NCBI GenBank assembly: GCA_030390025.1
Contig: CM059431.1
Span: 141,548,001-141,612,000, forward strand
DNA: 64,000 bases
DNA from: Squalus acanthias
Taxonomy: Eukaryota
Reading direction: 5' to 3'
In this document: positions 11,940 to 26,200 of the stretch, piece after piece
Layout of the letters: each line of letters begins with the position of its first letter
Position numbering within the stretch: the first letter of the stretch is position 1
Notes under the pieces: generated by a model
Told to the model about the DNA's origin: nothing
Databases searched by the model: none
The model's input: the letters and a program-made list of their open reading frames with translations, nothing else
Translations under genes and position numbers: made by a program

Positions 11940-13530
11940 ATGCTCTGGGGACTAAGCTCCCCAACTTCCTTCCACTCTCGCTCACAAAGTTTACCACTTA
12001 TGCCTGCCACTCTGCCAGCAGATCAATGGTCACAACCAGTATCTGTATTCCCCTCCAGTTCACTCATGGATGACGCCCCCTCTGTGCAAGAAATTATCGT
12101 GGACGATTGGTGCGACACCCTGGCTTTTACAGAAACTTGTCTGTCGGGTGCAGACACATAGTGCTCCTCTCCACCTGGCTATACTTTCCTGACCCACACA
12201 AACCAGTCACGGCTGTGGTGTGGCTCTAATCACCAAAACGCATCTTGGCCTCGCTCTTTAATCTCTGTCACCTTCTCCTCCTTGGAACATCTCACCTTGA
12301 CCCACCCCACTCTCCACTTCAATAAAATCCTCGTTCTATATCGCCCACTCAAGACCCACAAGTTTATCACAGAAATATACTTACTCTTTTCCTCCCTCAG
12401 CCTCTGCACTGAGACACTCATCACCTTTGGTGATTTCAACGTCCATCTCATCTCTCTTTATCCTCTCTCCTCTGAATTCATACTGCCTTCACACTTCCCG
12501 AAACTTCTCCCTCTATATTAAACCTACTACCATTGCTCACAACGATCCTTCCGATGTTGACATTTTCACTGGCCTCTCTATACCCATGGTCTCTATCACA
12601 GACAAAGCCAGCTCTGACCACTTCTTCACAACCCATAGCCCCTTCGCGCCTCTCAAGCTCACTTCCTTCTGCAACTCTGACTGGGGAGAGAAAGACACAT
12701 AGTTACTTACAGTTGCACGTTCTAAGTCTCAACAGCTCATCCTTTGGCCCACCATTCATCAAGAAGTATCTGCAGTCATCGGTCTGTTCAGCCACTCCAT
12801 TGTCCTTACCCTTCCGAAAGTAAGGTCATCACTTCACCTAAAGAAGGAATACATCGATCCTGCTATCCTTGCTAATAAACGCTCCATCTAGAACCTCTCT
12901 TTCCTCTCAAAGATCCTTGAACGTGATATTACCTCACAAATCCGCGCCCATCTTTGTGTCACTCCATGGCATCCTCTGTGATTGGCGGGTGAATTATCAC
13001 GCCCTCTTCTCTCATAGACCACTCTTCAGCTTTGACATGGTTGACCACAACATACTCTTCCAATGCCTCTTTCCTGTTGTCCAGCTCAGTGCGACAGCTC
13101 TGGCCTGGTTCTACTCTCCCCTATCTGAATATAGAGACATCACCCAAAAACATGAGGTCAGTTTTCACTTCTATCTCTCCACCACAACTCCCGAAATGCC
13201 TCTGTGTTGTCACGCTGCTTGTTCGATTTCCAGCCTTGGATAAGCCAAAATCTCCTCTGGTTAAACATTGGAATTCGGAAGTTATATTCTTCACCACAAA
13301 CTCAGTAGTTTCTCCATCGATTCCAAGCCCCATCCTGGCCACTTTCTCGTGCTGAACCAGAATAATTGCAACCTTGTTGATCAATTGAAACCCAGGTTTG
13401 GCGACCAGCCCCATTTCATCCCCATCACAAAGACTTCCAGCTCCACAATATCGACAGTCTCCACCCAAGCTGAATTTATCTTCCAGTGAAAACCTTATCC
13501 ATGATTTTACCATCTGTATACCCGACTATT
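11940..13530 (+). mobile_element. Degenerate L2 LINE ORF2
   Basis: Remnant motifs LAFTETCL, LVLYRP, GDFN and FDMVDH; C/T-rich sense strand typical of L2. Confidence 0.75.
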
Positions 13531-14506
13531 CCGTGGAACAAGTACATTTATTGATTTTTATATAATCATGGATCGAGAATTCACTCGAATCACAGTTAAA
13601 TATTTAAAAAATCTTAATTTAAAGAGTTAGATGCAGTAAATTGTAATCCATATAGTCTGTCTATGTTCAACGTATGCTTGTAAACTCATAACACATAAGA
13701 TGGTCCGAACAAAAATGGCAGCAACAATGAACCAGCAGAATGAATTTGTAAAAGGAAGACTAGTTAACCATAATTTAAGTACATAGTTAGCATTCAGATT
13801 TTGAGTCCACAATTATTTTTAGCGCCCCAAGATCCTGACATTGGAAGTTAATATAACCTGAAATGAGTTGAATTTGGTTCTATGGCGTAAAATAGTTGGT
13901 TTTCATATTTTTTGTTGTTTCGATCAATTACAACAATTTGCCAATTGCATGACTTGAAACAGGATGTTAATAGCTGCAGGTTGAGTAATTGGCACTTGTG
14001 TAAAATGAACCGATGATGTGCGTGATTACTTTGGGTAGGGCGATTGTTATTTTTCTGTAGACTGTATGTTGTCTTCACAATAAACCACGATTAGCTAAAA
14101 TGCTGATGTGTGAATTGCCATTGATATTTATAAACTTTTACTCTATTACTTTTACTCTGTACGGGTAATTTGATTTCATGAGTTGATGGATAGAGTACAT
14201 ATCAAAACGCTATACATATAGCAATTTCAGTACAGCCGGTCGACCATTTAGCCAATTGTGCACTGCCACGTCAGAGACATCGGCCTGGTAATTTGGCAGC
14301 CCACGAAAACGAGCGTGTGGATCGCGATGCAACAGCAGAACGCTGCTGAGTGGCTGAACGCTCTACAGGGGTGCCAAGTTCGTGCGAGGCTAGCACCAAT
14401 TAAAGCTAACCTGCAATCCGTAAAGGCAGTCTGCATCTCTTAAAGGCGAGTACATTTTCCCCGCAACAGGTGATAGATTTTGTTGGGAAGAGAGTGGACA
14501 AGAACA

Positions 14507-16406
14507 ATGATGGCACAACATGGGGAGAGAGCGTGCACTAAGGTTCTCCGAGACAGCATTTGAGGCCTTCGTCCAGGAGGCTAACTCCGGAGAGAGACCC
14601 TCTTTCCGCAGGCGGTATGAGGCCTCCAGTTAACATACCAGAATGCACTATGAGCTGATAGCCAATGTGGTAAATATCAGTAGTGCAGCCCCGAGGAACT
14701 GGAAGCAGTACAGGAAGAAGGTAAATGACCTCACACGAGTAGTCAAGTTCAGTGATTTCATATTCGAATATTCCACCATCTACTCCAGTAGGTTTACACA
14801 CTGTACAATGCACCACACCCCCTTCAATCACCTACCAATAATCTGTACCAAGCACGACTCACACCTCATATTCATAGCTTCAACTCACCCGCACACATTT
14901 ACCACTGCTGTAAGCCTCACACACACATCTCACAACTTCAACGTACTGTCAGTTATTCTTTCATGACAGCCAAATCACTGAAACACATTACATCGCACTC
15001 ACTGACACACTTCCATTTCTCTTGAAAGAAAAGTTTGCCCATAACTGGCGCCAGCAGAAATTAACAGGCAGCGGTCCAGCTCGCCTGCATGACCTCGCCC
15101 CCATGGAGGAGACGGTGCTGGCTATCTTGGCAGGGGTGTGGCTGATGCCGTGGCCAGGGGCGGTGCTAAAAGATTAGAAGATTTTGGTATCGACATAAGT
15201 TATCCTCCTTCTAACATCCCACATTCCCCTCAGTCGTCAATCTCTTCTGATTTACAAGCTGCACGTGGTGTGATCATGCACCTCTTGATTTCCCCCCGCC
15301 CATCAGCATTATCCTACTCTTGTGCCTTTCTCATTTCATACTCCCAAGCAACTCAGCCTACCCAGCCAGTGCTGGAACAAGAAGAGGGAGAGGACAGTGA
15401 AGAAGAAGAAGAAACACCATCTTTCGATTTCACACTCCCAGCCAACAGCTCATACAGTGCCACTCTGCCTACTTTAGAGGACAGGTTAGACACGGGATCT
15501 GCTTTTGGTGAGACACGGGGCATGAGCGGGCTGCAGCCACAGCAGGGGAAAGGGTAGCGCAGGTGCCAGCTCTCGGGAGGGCTCTGCTGCACAAAACTCA
15601 GATGAGGACTCCAATGGTGCTGTGTACAGAAGATGGAGGATGGATTTGCACAATTAAATGTTTGTTGCATTTGCAGGCCTGACAGAAATTCTGAATGCAA
15701 TATCAAGGAGCATAGAGGAGAGCAGCTCCAGCCTTGCACAGGGCTTTGGGAACAGCTTAGAACCCATCCTTTGGAAGGGGTGGGCAGATCCATTACCGCA
15801 ATTGTGGACACAATCATCATGGCACATCTGAGGGCCGAACTCTCAGTTTCCATTGCAGCACAAGCAGAAGCCACCCAACGTCTGAGTGCTGCAATGGAAA
15901 CTCAGTATGATGTCATGCAAGCTCAGCTTGCTGCCACGCAGTCACAGATTGCAGCCATCATGGCTGGGTTTACCAGTATTGAAAGGGCCTTGCAGGGTGC
16001 CACAGCAGTCCAGCAGTCTGCAGTCAAGCTAATTTCTAGGATTGCTGAAGCGCTGCCCCGGGAGAGTGGCAAAGGATCCGTGGAGGCCGAACCTGCAGTC
16101 CTCTCTCAGGGTGAAAGCATTCATCCTCCCACCAGTGATACTCCGCCAGTGCCCTTGGTGTTGTCTGTCAGCCAGACAGCCCAGACTGCTGCCGCCGATG
16201 CCGAGTTAATAGCAGTGTACAGCCGGCCTAATAGCCACAGAGCTACTCGAGGTCGTCCTGCAAGGCCATCTTCATGCTTAGCTACTGAAATTCAGCAGCT
16301 TTCCACCAGCCAAACTGCAGCCACTGGGGTAGCACTGCGTAGGAGCACTAGGATAGTCAAAGACACACGGAAAACAGGCACTAAGGGAATGGACAAGTGT
16401 GATTAG
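14507..16406 (+). pseudogene. Harbinger Myb/SANT-like DNA-binding protein, multi-exon, disrupted
   Basis: Exon 14507-14747 (RERALRFSE...PRNWKQYRKKVNDLTRVVK); exon 15029-15186 (KFAHNWRQQKLTGSGPARLHDLAPMEE); then an acidic and coiled-coil-like region to 16406. Frameshifts and degenerate splice sites. Confidence 0.75.
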
Positions 16407-16532
16407 TTTGTTATTTGATGTAATATTGGAAGGATAGATGTATAAAGGTCGATTGGAACGCTTGGTGTGTGATAACTTTCATTTCGGCATTGTGACCAAA
16501 AGGATACTCTGGTGGTCTGTAACAGAGGCAAG

Positions 16533-17790
16533 CTAAGTTGTCGGACTAATGCTGAATGGGGAACTGGGGTTGTGTTCACTGGTACCGCAGGTTGATGATT
16601 CAATTCCGGACATCCCGGCCAGAAAGGAGCTGTCTGGATTTCCTCCTCCCTTCCAGTTCCTCTTCCCCTTTACCACTTCCCCCTCTTCTTCTTCCTTCAC
16701 CTCCTCCTCCTCCTCTTCCTCCTCCTCATACTCCTCCTCCTGCTCCTGCGCTGATCGCCGTATCGCTGTTCGCAGGGGCTGTGCCCTCATGATGGCCAGA
16801 TTGTGGAGGATACAGCAGACAACCATGAATCGGGACACACGCTCTGGTGAGTTCAGTAGGCCTCCTACAGAGCGGTCCAGGCAGCGGAGCCGTTGCTTCA
16901 GCAGCCCAATGTCTGCGCTATAAGGTTGTGTGTGGCAGCTTGGTTCTCATTGTACGCATGCTGGCCACTTGTGGTTGGGTTGTGCAGCAGAGTCATGAGC
17001 CAGGTGGTCAAGGGTTGGGCCTTGTCGCCCAGCAGCCAGCTTCTGTTTTGACAAAGTGTCTGAAAGACAGAGGGAACAGCGGACTGGTGCAAAACAAAAG
17101 CATCATTACTGCTGCCAGGTTACTGGGCATTCATCATCTTGATCAGCTGAGCATGGTCGCACACCAATTGCACAATCAGTGACCTGAAACATTTGCAGTT
17201 GAATTACATCTCGGCATTTAGCAGTGGCGCCCACAAAGCCCCGCGCATGCAGTCGATGCCCTGCACTATGAGGAAGCCCACAATCCTAACAAACAACGTG
17301 CACACTCCGCCTGCTACTCTCTGTTCAGAGAGAAGACAATGAAGTCCGCTCTCCTGTCACAAAAAGCCTCTGTCACCTCTCTTATGCAGCAGTGGACGGC
17401 GGACTGCGAGATGTTACAGATGTCGCCTGCTCCAGCCTGGAAGAATCCCAACCAAAGAAATGCAGGGCCACGGTAACCTTCACTGCCACTGGCAGCGCTG
17501 TCCTTGCCCTGGTGTGAGGCTCTAAGTTTGGTAACAAGAGGTGTCAGAATTCTGTGAGCACCTCCTTCGTAAAGCGCAGATGCCTCACACACTGCTCCTG
17601 GTTCAGACTGAGGTAAGATTATTGCTCTCGGAAGAACCTCGCTTGATAAGGACTCTTGCTGAAAGCCCTTCTCCCGTCTTCATCCTCCTTCTGCGAGCAG
17701 CTTGTCCTCTTCGTTGCTGCCTCTGCTCCATCTCGCTGTCATGCTGCAGGCCAACGGCGGTGACAACTCGAGCACCCTTGACTGGGAGCA
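16533..17790 (-). pseudogene. Harbinger DDE transposase (HARBI1-like), frameshifted
   Basis: GFFQAGAGDICNISQSAVHCCIREVT, GFLIVQGIDC, WLLGDK..PLTTWLMT, LKQRLRCLDRS and VVCCILHNLAI, plus a Glu-rich tail. Confidence 0.85.
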
Positions 17791-18530
17791 AGTGGTATGA
17801 CAAGAACCCTTGAATTCAGAACCACTTGCAGCACCACTCCCTGTCACCTCACCAACCTCAAACAACTCTGGAAAGCACCAAGCACTTCTACCAACTTACA
17901 CAGAGCTAGTAGAAATCAAAAAGCAAGTTACCTGAAAGTTGTTGATGATCCCTTTAAATAGCCCTGCTGGGGTTCCTCCCTGCTGCTTGCTGCTGAACGC
18001 TGTGTGCTGTTTAGACAGGGCGTTAGGAAGCAATCTTATACAAAAAGGGTATGAAAAACTGGAACACTGCCCCCCAAATATCTGTACTTTTCTAGGGCTC
18101 ATTTGAAAATGGAAAAACTGAGATTGATAGGCTTTTGTTAGGCATAGGTATTAAATGTTATGCAACCAGGGCGGTAAGATGGAATTTACCACTATCTAAT
18201 TGATTGGCGGAACAGGGGCGAGGAGCGGAATTGCCTCCTCCTGTGCCAAATATTCCCTTTTAACAGCCGGAGACGGTGATAAGAGTGCATGGGCTAAAAA
18301 TGCGGCTGCGTAGAGACGGTTGTTTGAGAGCTACGGGTGCCAAATTGGGTCCAAAATGACGTTCGAGCAGTGCGCGAACAATTGCGGTGCGGGCCGGCCC
18401 GGACGCCATATTGGCGAGGGTGGAAGGGCGGCCATTAGGAGCATCCACTGGAAATATGGGAAGTAGGCTAATCGTAACGTTAATCAGCGTCCAATGCTTA
18501 GTTGAAGCCAACGCTGCCATTTTCGTCGTC

Positions 18531-18601
18531 ACTGCAGATGCTGGAAATCTGAAATAAAAACAGAAAATGCTGGAAATACTCAGCAGGTCAGGCAGTATCT
18601 G
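18531..18601 (-). mobile_element. Penelope-like terminal fragment
   Basis: Reverse complement of the GATGCTGCCTG.CCTGCTGAG... end seen at 34844-34880. Confidence 0.55.
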
Positions 18602-18619
18602 AATGCAGTAATTCTGATG

Positions 18620-19070
18620 GCAGTGAACAAGGGTCCATACAACTGACGCATAACCTCCTCCTCCATGTCCAGCCCCCTTGAGATAGAGGGCAGGATTACA
18701 TTAGACTTTTGACTGATGTCTGTACATGTCTAGTAGTGTTTAATGATTTGGGAACTGGCACTCACGCACGTCTTTTCTCCTCAATCATTTAGAAAATAAA
18801 TCGACTATCTTACTTGGCTCCAAATTGGATGAGGTCACACTTGCGCACAATGAATTCAAGTTGTCTCGATTTGCCCAATCACTTCATCTGTCTCTGTCCC
18901 TTTGGTTAAGTCCCGCTCCCATTTGCACTACTGCCGTGCCTCCGAACTTAGTGCCATCTTCAAACTTGTATCTACAGCGCTCTATTGCTCCATCCAAGTC
19001 ATTAATAAACATGGTGAAAAGTTGAAGATCCAATACAGATATCTGCGGAACAGCACTGCTCACATCTGAC
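18620..19070 (-). mobile_element. Old CR1 RT fragment
   Basis: SAVPQISVLDLQLFTMFINDLD...KFEDGTKFGG. Confidence 0.75.
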
Positions 19071-19263
19071 GCCGCTGCTAAATATCGTGTCATTTGTGGG
19101 AGTGAGGATAATTCTGAAGTGAGCCTGTGGGAGGCAGTCAGTCTGGGTGAGTGAGAGAAATGCGCTGTACAGGCGGAATTACTGGAGAAGGAAATGAAAT
19201 TTGTAGATGGTGTATTGATGCACGTCAGCCAGTTAAGGTTGTTGTGTGAGCCTGAGATCCAGA

Positions 19264-19337
19264 TCCTGGATTGCTCAGTCAGTAAAGCATCAGACTTCAT
19301 AATCTAAAGGTCCAGGCTTCAAGTCCCTGGTCAGGTG
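19264..19337 (+). pseudogene. tRNA-Lys(UUU)-derived pseudogene
   Basis: TCCTGGATTGCTCAGTCAGTAAAGCATCAGACTTCATAATCTAAAGGTCCAGGCTTCAAGTCCCTGGTCAGGTG aligns end to end with vertebrate tRNA-Lys-TTT; the anticodon loop is altered and the stems are mismatched. Confidence 0.75.
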
Positions 19338-19379
19338 TTCATTTATATCACGATTCTAATCTCCAGATTCGTGCAGTGA

Positions 19380-20245
19380 CAGAAAATAGGAGCAGGAGTA
19401 GGTCATTTCGCCCCTCGAGCCTGTTCCGCCATTCATTTAGATCATGGCTGATCTCTGACCGAACTCCAAATACTCGCCTTTGGCCCATATCCCCCAATAC
19501 CGATAGTTAACAAAAATCCATCAATTTCAGATTTAAAATTAACAATTAACCTAGCATCAACTGCCGTTTGTGGAAAAGCTTTCCAAATGTCTACCTCCCT
19601 TTGCATATAGAAGTGTCCCCCAGATCTGGACTCCCCAATCATCGGAAATAGTTTCTCTCTATATACCCTATCAGTTCCCCTTAATATCTTGAAAACTTCG
19701 TTCAACTCACACCTTAACCTTCTGAATTCCAGTGAATCCAACCGTTTGTGTAATTTTTCCTCGTAATATATACCCTTGGAGTCTATGCATCATTCTGGTA
19801 AATCTACACTAGACTCACTCCAAGATAATACATCCTTCCTAAGGTGAGGTGCCCAGGACTGAACACAGTATTCCAGGTGTGGTTAACCAGGGATTCGTAT
19901 AGCTGTAGCATAACTTCTTCCCCTTATAATCTAGTCCCCTAGATATAAATCCCAGCATTTCATTAGCCTTTTTGATTATTTTCTGTACCTGTCCATGACA
20001 TTTTAATTATATATGTGCACAGAACCGTGAGTTTCTTTGGACCTTCAGTGTTTCGAGCTTTTCACCATTTATAACGTACTCTGAACTATACTTCTTAGGT
20101 CCAAAGTCGATGACGTCACAATTGCCTATGTTAAAATCCATTTGCCTCGGATCTGTCCAGTCAGTTCATCTGCGAAAATATCTTTGTAATGTTATGCTTC
20201 CATCTACATTGCTTACAATGACGCCTATCTTTGTGTCATCAGCTT
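19380..20245 (-). mobile_element. CR1 3' portion
   Basis: SLEFRRLRCELNEVFKIL and a typical 3' UTR (AGGAGCAGGAGTAGG on the + strand). Confidence 0.85.
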
Positions 20246-20249
20246 ATTA

Positions 20250-21080
20250 AGAAGCTGGAAGGCAATGGAATTAAGTGGAAAGTGGCGGCATGAATACAAA
20301 ATAGGCTCAGTGACAGGAAGCAAATAGTGGAAGTGAATGGATGTTTTTTCAGATTGGGGTGGGGGCGGGGAGCTTGCCGTAGTGTTCATCAAGCACCATT
20401 TTGGGTCATTACACTTTCCCTTTCTTATAAACAATCTAGAAAGCAGTATTATCAAGTTTTAAGCTGATATGACACTTGAAAACGTAGATGATATTGTTGA
20501 GTATAGTTATAGGCTTCACGATGACAGAGCAAGGATGGTGAGATGGGAAGAAGCATGGCAGAGAAGTGCGGAGAAGAGTAAGTGATGCACTTTGGGAGGA
20601 GTAAAATGGAAAGACAGTGTGCTATAAATGGCGCAATTTTGAAAAGTGTAAATGAGCAGAGGGACCTTGGTGTTCATTTACACAAATCCTTAAAGGTGGC
20701 AGGGCAAGTTGACAACTGGTTAAAAAACATATGGTTTACTTGCGTTTCTAAATAGAGGAATAGAATATCAAAGCACAGATCTCATGCTGGAACTTTATAA
20801 ATCACTGGTAAACCCTCAGCTGGACTATTGTTGACAATTCTGAGGACCACACTTCAGGAAGGATGTAAAGGTCTTAGAAGGTGAACTGAGGAGGTTTACC
20901 AGGATGTCACCAGGGATGAAGTTCTTCACTTATCAGGCGAGGTTGGAAGAGTTGGGACAATTATCCTTGTAATGGAGAACATTAAGAGGTGACCTAATAG
21001 AGGTTTTCAAGATGATGTGAGGTTTGCTAGAGTAGATAGAGAAAAACTATTCCCCTGGGGAGTGGGTCAAGATCTAGAGA
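20250..21080 (+). mobile_element. Old CR1 ORF2 C-terminal fragment
   Basis: GTGATGCACTTTGGGAGG, CCTCAGCTGGACTATTG and TTAAGAGGTGACCTAATAGAGGTTTTCAAG are CR1 signatures. Confidence 0.75.
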
Positions 21081-21939
21081 TATTGGTGAACTTTACATAC
21101 CAGTGAATCCCCAGTCAAATTACCGCATCAAAGGCCCGGTTTGATGCCAGATGCTAATCTTTTCCCAATAGCTTGTTAGCCTCTCACCTAGAAAAAAATC
21201 ATCGACTGAAGAGATTTTCAGTAAGGCTCCTCAAATTTCCAATCATTTTAGAAGCTTCCCCCTTTCCGGTCATCAACACTGGGAATCTTGGTCCCACCAG
21301 AACTTCTCTATGAACCTAGCGACCTTTCTCCTGTCCCAGTTAGTGTAGTGATGATTCGACTTCTCTCTCTCCACCTTCCTGGGATACTGATCAATCAAAT
21401 AAACTTTAAATATAAACATGATTCCTCTTAATTAGAGAATCGGTTACAGGAAAACAGTAGGACTATTTTTGTGAATATTAATATATTTAACTTTAAAATA
21501 TTTACAACTTGCTTGAATTACTTAATTTAATGTTAAATAGTTCTTTAGTTTGCCCGTATTTATAGGCATTAAAACCATTCACAATATCTGCTGCCAACTC
21601 CAGCTCCGCCCACAATGACACATCACTGATGGGGCGTAACCAGGTGCAAAACCTGTCTCCAGGTGACATCACAAAGGAGCCAGGAGCCAATCATACAGCA
21701 GCCAGAAGTAATATCACAAAGCAGCCGGAGCTCCGCCCAGTCATAGTGTCACAGGGTCACATGGCCAGGCTCTGCTCCTGGAGTGCAGTCTCAGTGGGCA
21801 TGTACACAGGTTGTACAATAAGTCCTGACTCCGACCCCGCTCAGCGCATCAGAGTCAATAATTGGAGGGATCATCAGTGGTATCAAGTGGTTGAATCATC
21901 GGCTAAGGAACAGTACCTGTAAGATATAGGATAAAGTTC

Positions 21940-22520
21940 CCTTAAAACTGTACGATAAAACACTCCCAGGGCAGGTACGGCATGGGTTAGATACAGAGTC
22001 AAGCTCCATCTACACCGTGTAATCAAACCTTCCGAAGGCAGGTACAGTATGGGTTAGATACAGAGTAAAGCTCCATCTACACTGCCCCATCAAACACACC
22101 CGGGGGGCAGGTGCAGCACGGGTTAGATACAGAGTACAGCTCCCTCTACACTGCCCCATCAAACACACCCGGGGCAGGTACAGCACGGGTTAGATAGAGA
22201 GTACAGCTCCCTCTACACTGTCCCATCAAACAAACCCGGGGCAGGTACAGCACGGGTTAGATACAGAGTACAGCTCCCTCTACACAGTTCCATCAAACCC
22301 TCCATGGAAAGCTACCACACGGGCTAGATACAGAGTAAAGCTCCCTCTACAATCTCCCATCTAACACTCCCAGGGCGCGATAGATACAGAATAAAGCTTC
22401 ATATACACTGCCCCATCATATACTCCCAGGACAGGTACCGCACAGGTTAGATACCGTATTAAGCTTCCATTCTACTGTTCCGTCAAATACTACCAGGGCA
22501 GATACGGCAGGGATTAAATA
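21940..22520. repeat. 67-bp minisatellite
   Basis: Unit GGGTTAGATACAGAGTAAAGCTCCCTCTACACTGTCCCATCAAACACTCCCAGGGCAGGTACAGCAC; degenerate arrays also at about 27410-27810, 28710-29190 and 29700-30250. Confidence 0.9.
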
Positions 22521-23239
22521 CTTGTGCAAATCTCGCTATATTTTGGTACAGCAAAAACTCTCAAATCAGATACGGCATGTGGTCAATGCAGCGTAAAATC
22601 CTCTGCCACTATCCAATGAAGCAAACTAACTCAGGAACAGCACGGTACGGTTACAGGATAAAATCCCACGTGCATACAATGTTCAAGCAGTCCCAGGTGA
22701 GGAATGGGCAAGTTTCACACACGAGTGAATCTCCTGTCAAATTGCGCATCAAAGCCGAGCCTTATGTCAAATGTTAAACAGCTGCCGATACCGGGTTCGA
22801 CTCTCAACTGCGCAAAATCCTGGACTGATTGGATTCTCAGTAAAGATCCTCATCCTTCCAATCATTGCTGAAGCTTCCTGTTTTATCCTGTCTTTGACAC
22901 GGGGGTTCGTGGTACCACCAGATCTGTCCTGTGAACCCAATGATATTTCTCCGGTCCCAGTTAAAGTGGTGGTGATTCGACATCTATCTCTCTCTAACTT
23001 CCCGAAGTATTGCTGACTCCAAGAAACTGTAAATATAAAAATGATTCATGTTAATTCCATAAACTATCTGGAATTATTTGTGTTAATTGTTCGTGTACAA
23101 ACCGTTCAATGGCGGATGGGGATTTGTCCCACTGCCGCTCTCCCTCACCGGTCAGAAGCTGAGTTGGTTAATCCGTTTGCAGTTACACAGTTGGCTGGTC
23201 CTTTTTTAAAAAACTATTTTATTGGCCGGAGAGCTGGTG

Positions 23240-26200
23240 CAGGAGTGAGGTCTTTAGATTCCTGAGGCATTGGACCGTTTCTGGGGGAGGTGGAACCTGC
23301 ACAAGCCGGACGGGTTGCACTTCAACATAGCCGGGACCAATAACCTCGCGTGGGGCGGGGGCGGGGGGATAATTGCTAGTGCAGTTGGGGAGGGTTTAAA
23401 CTAGCTTGGCAGGGAGATGGGAGACTGAGAATATTTTCAGAAGGGAGACTAGCAAAGCTGGAAATGGAGGCCAGAATATTAGTCAGCGAGTTTGGAAAGC
23501 AGAGGAAACAAGGGCTAGGAAATAGACAACAATCCAGTTTGGCAATGCTAAATGGTATATACTTTAATGCATGGAGTCTAGGAAATAAGGGACATGAGCT
23601 AAGGTCACAGATAAACACGTGGGAGTATGATACTTTGGCTATTACTGCGACATGGCTGAAAGAAGGGCAGGAATGGCAGCTCAACATTCCTGGTTACAGG
23701 GTTTTCAGGCGAGATAGAGAGGGGTTAAAAAAGGAGGGGGTCGCAGTAATGATTAAAGACACAATTACAGCTGTGAGGAGGGATGATATGTTCGAAGGAT
23801 CATCAAATGAGGTCATAATGGTTGAACAAAAGAGCAAAATAGGAGCAATCACACTGTTGGGAGTGTACTATAGACCCCCAAACAGACCGATCGAGATAGA
23901 AGAGTCATTTGTAGGCAAATTTCTGACAAGTGCAAAAACAATAGGGCAGTGTTAGTGAGAGATTTCAATTACCCCAATATTAACTGAGTTACTACCATTG
24001 AAAATGGTATAGAGGGCACAGAATTAATAAAAAAGCATTCTGGAGAATGCTTTTAGCCATATTTAGCAAGCCCTACAAGAGAGGGGGGGGGGGGTGCAGT
24101 TCAAGATTTAGTTTTAGGGAATGAAGCTGGGCAGATGGATGGAGTATCAGTGCGAAAGCATTTTTCTGGTCGTGATCTTAATTCAGATAGCTTTAACATA
24201 ATTATGGATAAGGACAAAGAAAAAACAGGTTAAGGGTTCAATATTGGGGGAAGGCCAATTTTACTAGGTTGAAAAGTGATTTAGTAAAAGGGGACTGGAC
24301 ACAGTTACTTGAAGGCAAATGAGTATCAGAGCAGTGGGAGGCATTCAAGAGGGTGATACATGGAATTCAGCGTAAACATGTTCCCAAACAGAAAAATGGT
24401 AGAACTGCAAAATTTCAGCTCCTGCATGACAAGGTGCATACAGGGTAAGATGAGGCAAAAAATGGAAGCCTATATCAGATATCGTGAGCTCAATACTGCA
24501 GAAAGCCTAGAAGAGCATTGACAGATTAGGGGTGAAATTAAGAATTAAATTAGGGAAGCAAAAAGAGATGTGAAAAAATACTGGCAAGTGGAATCAAAGG
24601 AAACCCAAAGATCTTTTATAATTACCTAAAGAGCAAGAGGATAACTAAGGAAAGAGTGGGGCCTATCAGGGACGAAAATGGTGATCTATGTGTGGAGGCG
24701 GAGGATGTGGGCAAGTTATTTAATGAATACTTTACAGCTGTATTCACAATAGAGGAGGACGGTGCCGACATTGACGTTAAGGAGGAATATAGTGAAATAT
24801 TGGAAGGGATAAACATAGTAAGAGTGCAACACGGTGGCATAGTGGTTAGCACTGTTTCCTCACAGCGCCAGGGACCCGGGTTCGATACCGGCCACGGGTG
24901 ACTGTCTGTGTGGTGTTTGCACATTCTCCCCGTGTCTGCGTGGGTTTCCTCCGGGTGCTCCGGTTTCCTCCCACAGTACAAAGATGTGCGGGTTAGGTTG
25001 ATTTGGCAATGATAAATTGAACCTTACTGTTCTGGGGGGATTAAATATGTGGGGTTACGGGGATAGGGTGGGATATGTGTCGGTGCAGGCTTGATGGGCC
25101 GAAATGGCCACTATCTGCACTGTGGGGATTCTGTGATTCTGTGAAGTATTAAGTGGTTCAGCATACTTGAAAGTAGATAAACCGCCAGGGCTGGATGAAA
25201 TATATCCGAGGCTATTAAAAGAAGCAAGGCAGTAAATTGTGGAGGCTCTGACCATCATTTCCCAATCCTCCCTGGCTATAGGAGTGGTGTCAGTGGATTG
25301 GAGAATTGCTAACGTTGTACCGTTGCTTAAAAAGGGAGGAAGGGATAAACCGAACAATTATAGGCCAGTCAGTTTAACCTCGGCAGTGGGCAGATTACTG
25401 GAATCAATTCTGAGGGACAGTATTAATCTTCATTTAGAAAGACACGGATGAATCAATGACAGTCAGTATGGCTTTGTTAAGGGAAGCTCGTGTCTGATTA
25501 ACTTGATTGAATTCTTTGAGGTAACAAAGAGGGTCGTTGAGGGCAATGCGTTTGATGTAGTCTACATGGGAGTTAGCAAGGCTTTTGACAAAGTCCCACA
25601 TGGCAGGCTGATCAAAAAAGTAAAAGCCCATGAGGTTCAAGGGAGACTGGCAAATTGGATCCCAAATTTGCTCAGTGGCAGGAAGCAAAGAGTAATGTTT
25701 GAAGGGATATTTTGGGCCTATAAGGCCGTTTCCAGTGGGGTTCCACAGGGCTCAGTACTCGGTCGTTACTTTTTGTAGTATATATTAATGATTTAAATTT
25801 AAATGTAGGGGGCATTATAAAGAAATTTGCAGATGATAGAAAAATCGGCCGTGTGGTTGACAGTGAGGAGGAGAGATTTAGACTGCAGGAAGATATCGAT
25901 GAATTGATCAGTTGGGCAGAAAAGTGGCAAATGGAATTCAATTCAGAAAAGTTTGAGATAATGCAGTTGGCAGGAGCAACAAGGCAAGAGAATACACAAT
26001 TAATGGGAGGATACTGAGTGACAACGAAGCTTCACAAGATTGGTTCCTGGGAAGAGATGGTTGATCTATGAGGAGAGGGAGTAGAATGGGTCTATACTCT
26101 CTGGAGTTTAGAGGAATGAGAGGTGAATCTAATTGAAACATACAATGCTGAGATCCTTGAAAGGGTAGATGCTGAAAGGTTGCTTTCCCTTGCTGGAGAG

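Larger units (their letters stand above)
14240..18080. mobile_element. Degenerate autonomous-type PIF/Harbinger transposon (ends not resolved)
   Basis: Convergent Myb/SANT-like gene (+) and HARBI1-like transposase (-), the standard Harbinger layout. Confidence 0.85.

Noticed and set aside
16549..16923. Ser-rich and Pro-rich ORFs on the + strand
   Set aside because: Antisense shadows of the Glu-rich tail of the Harbinger transposase.
18290..18530. GC-rich stretch as the terminal repeat of the 14-18 kb Harbinger
   Set aside because: I could not find a matching inverted partner near 14.2 kb; probably a separate DNA-transposon fragment.
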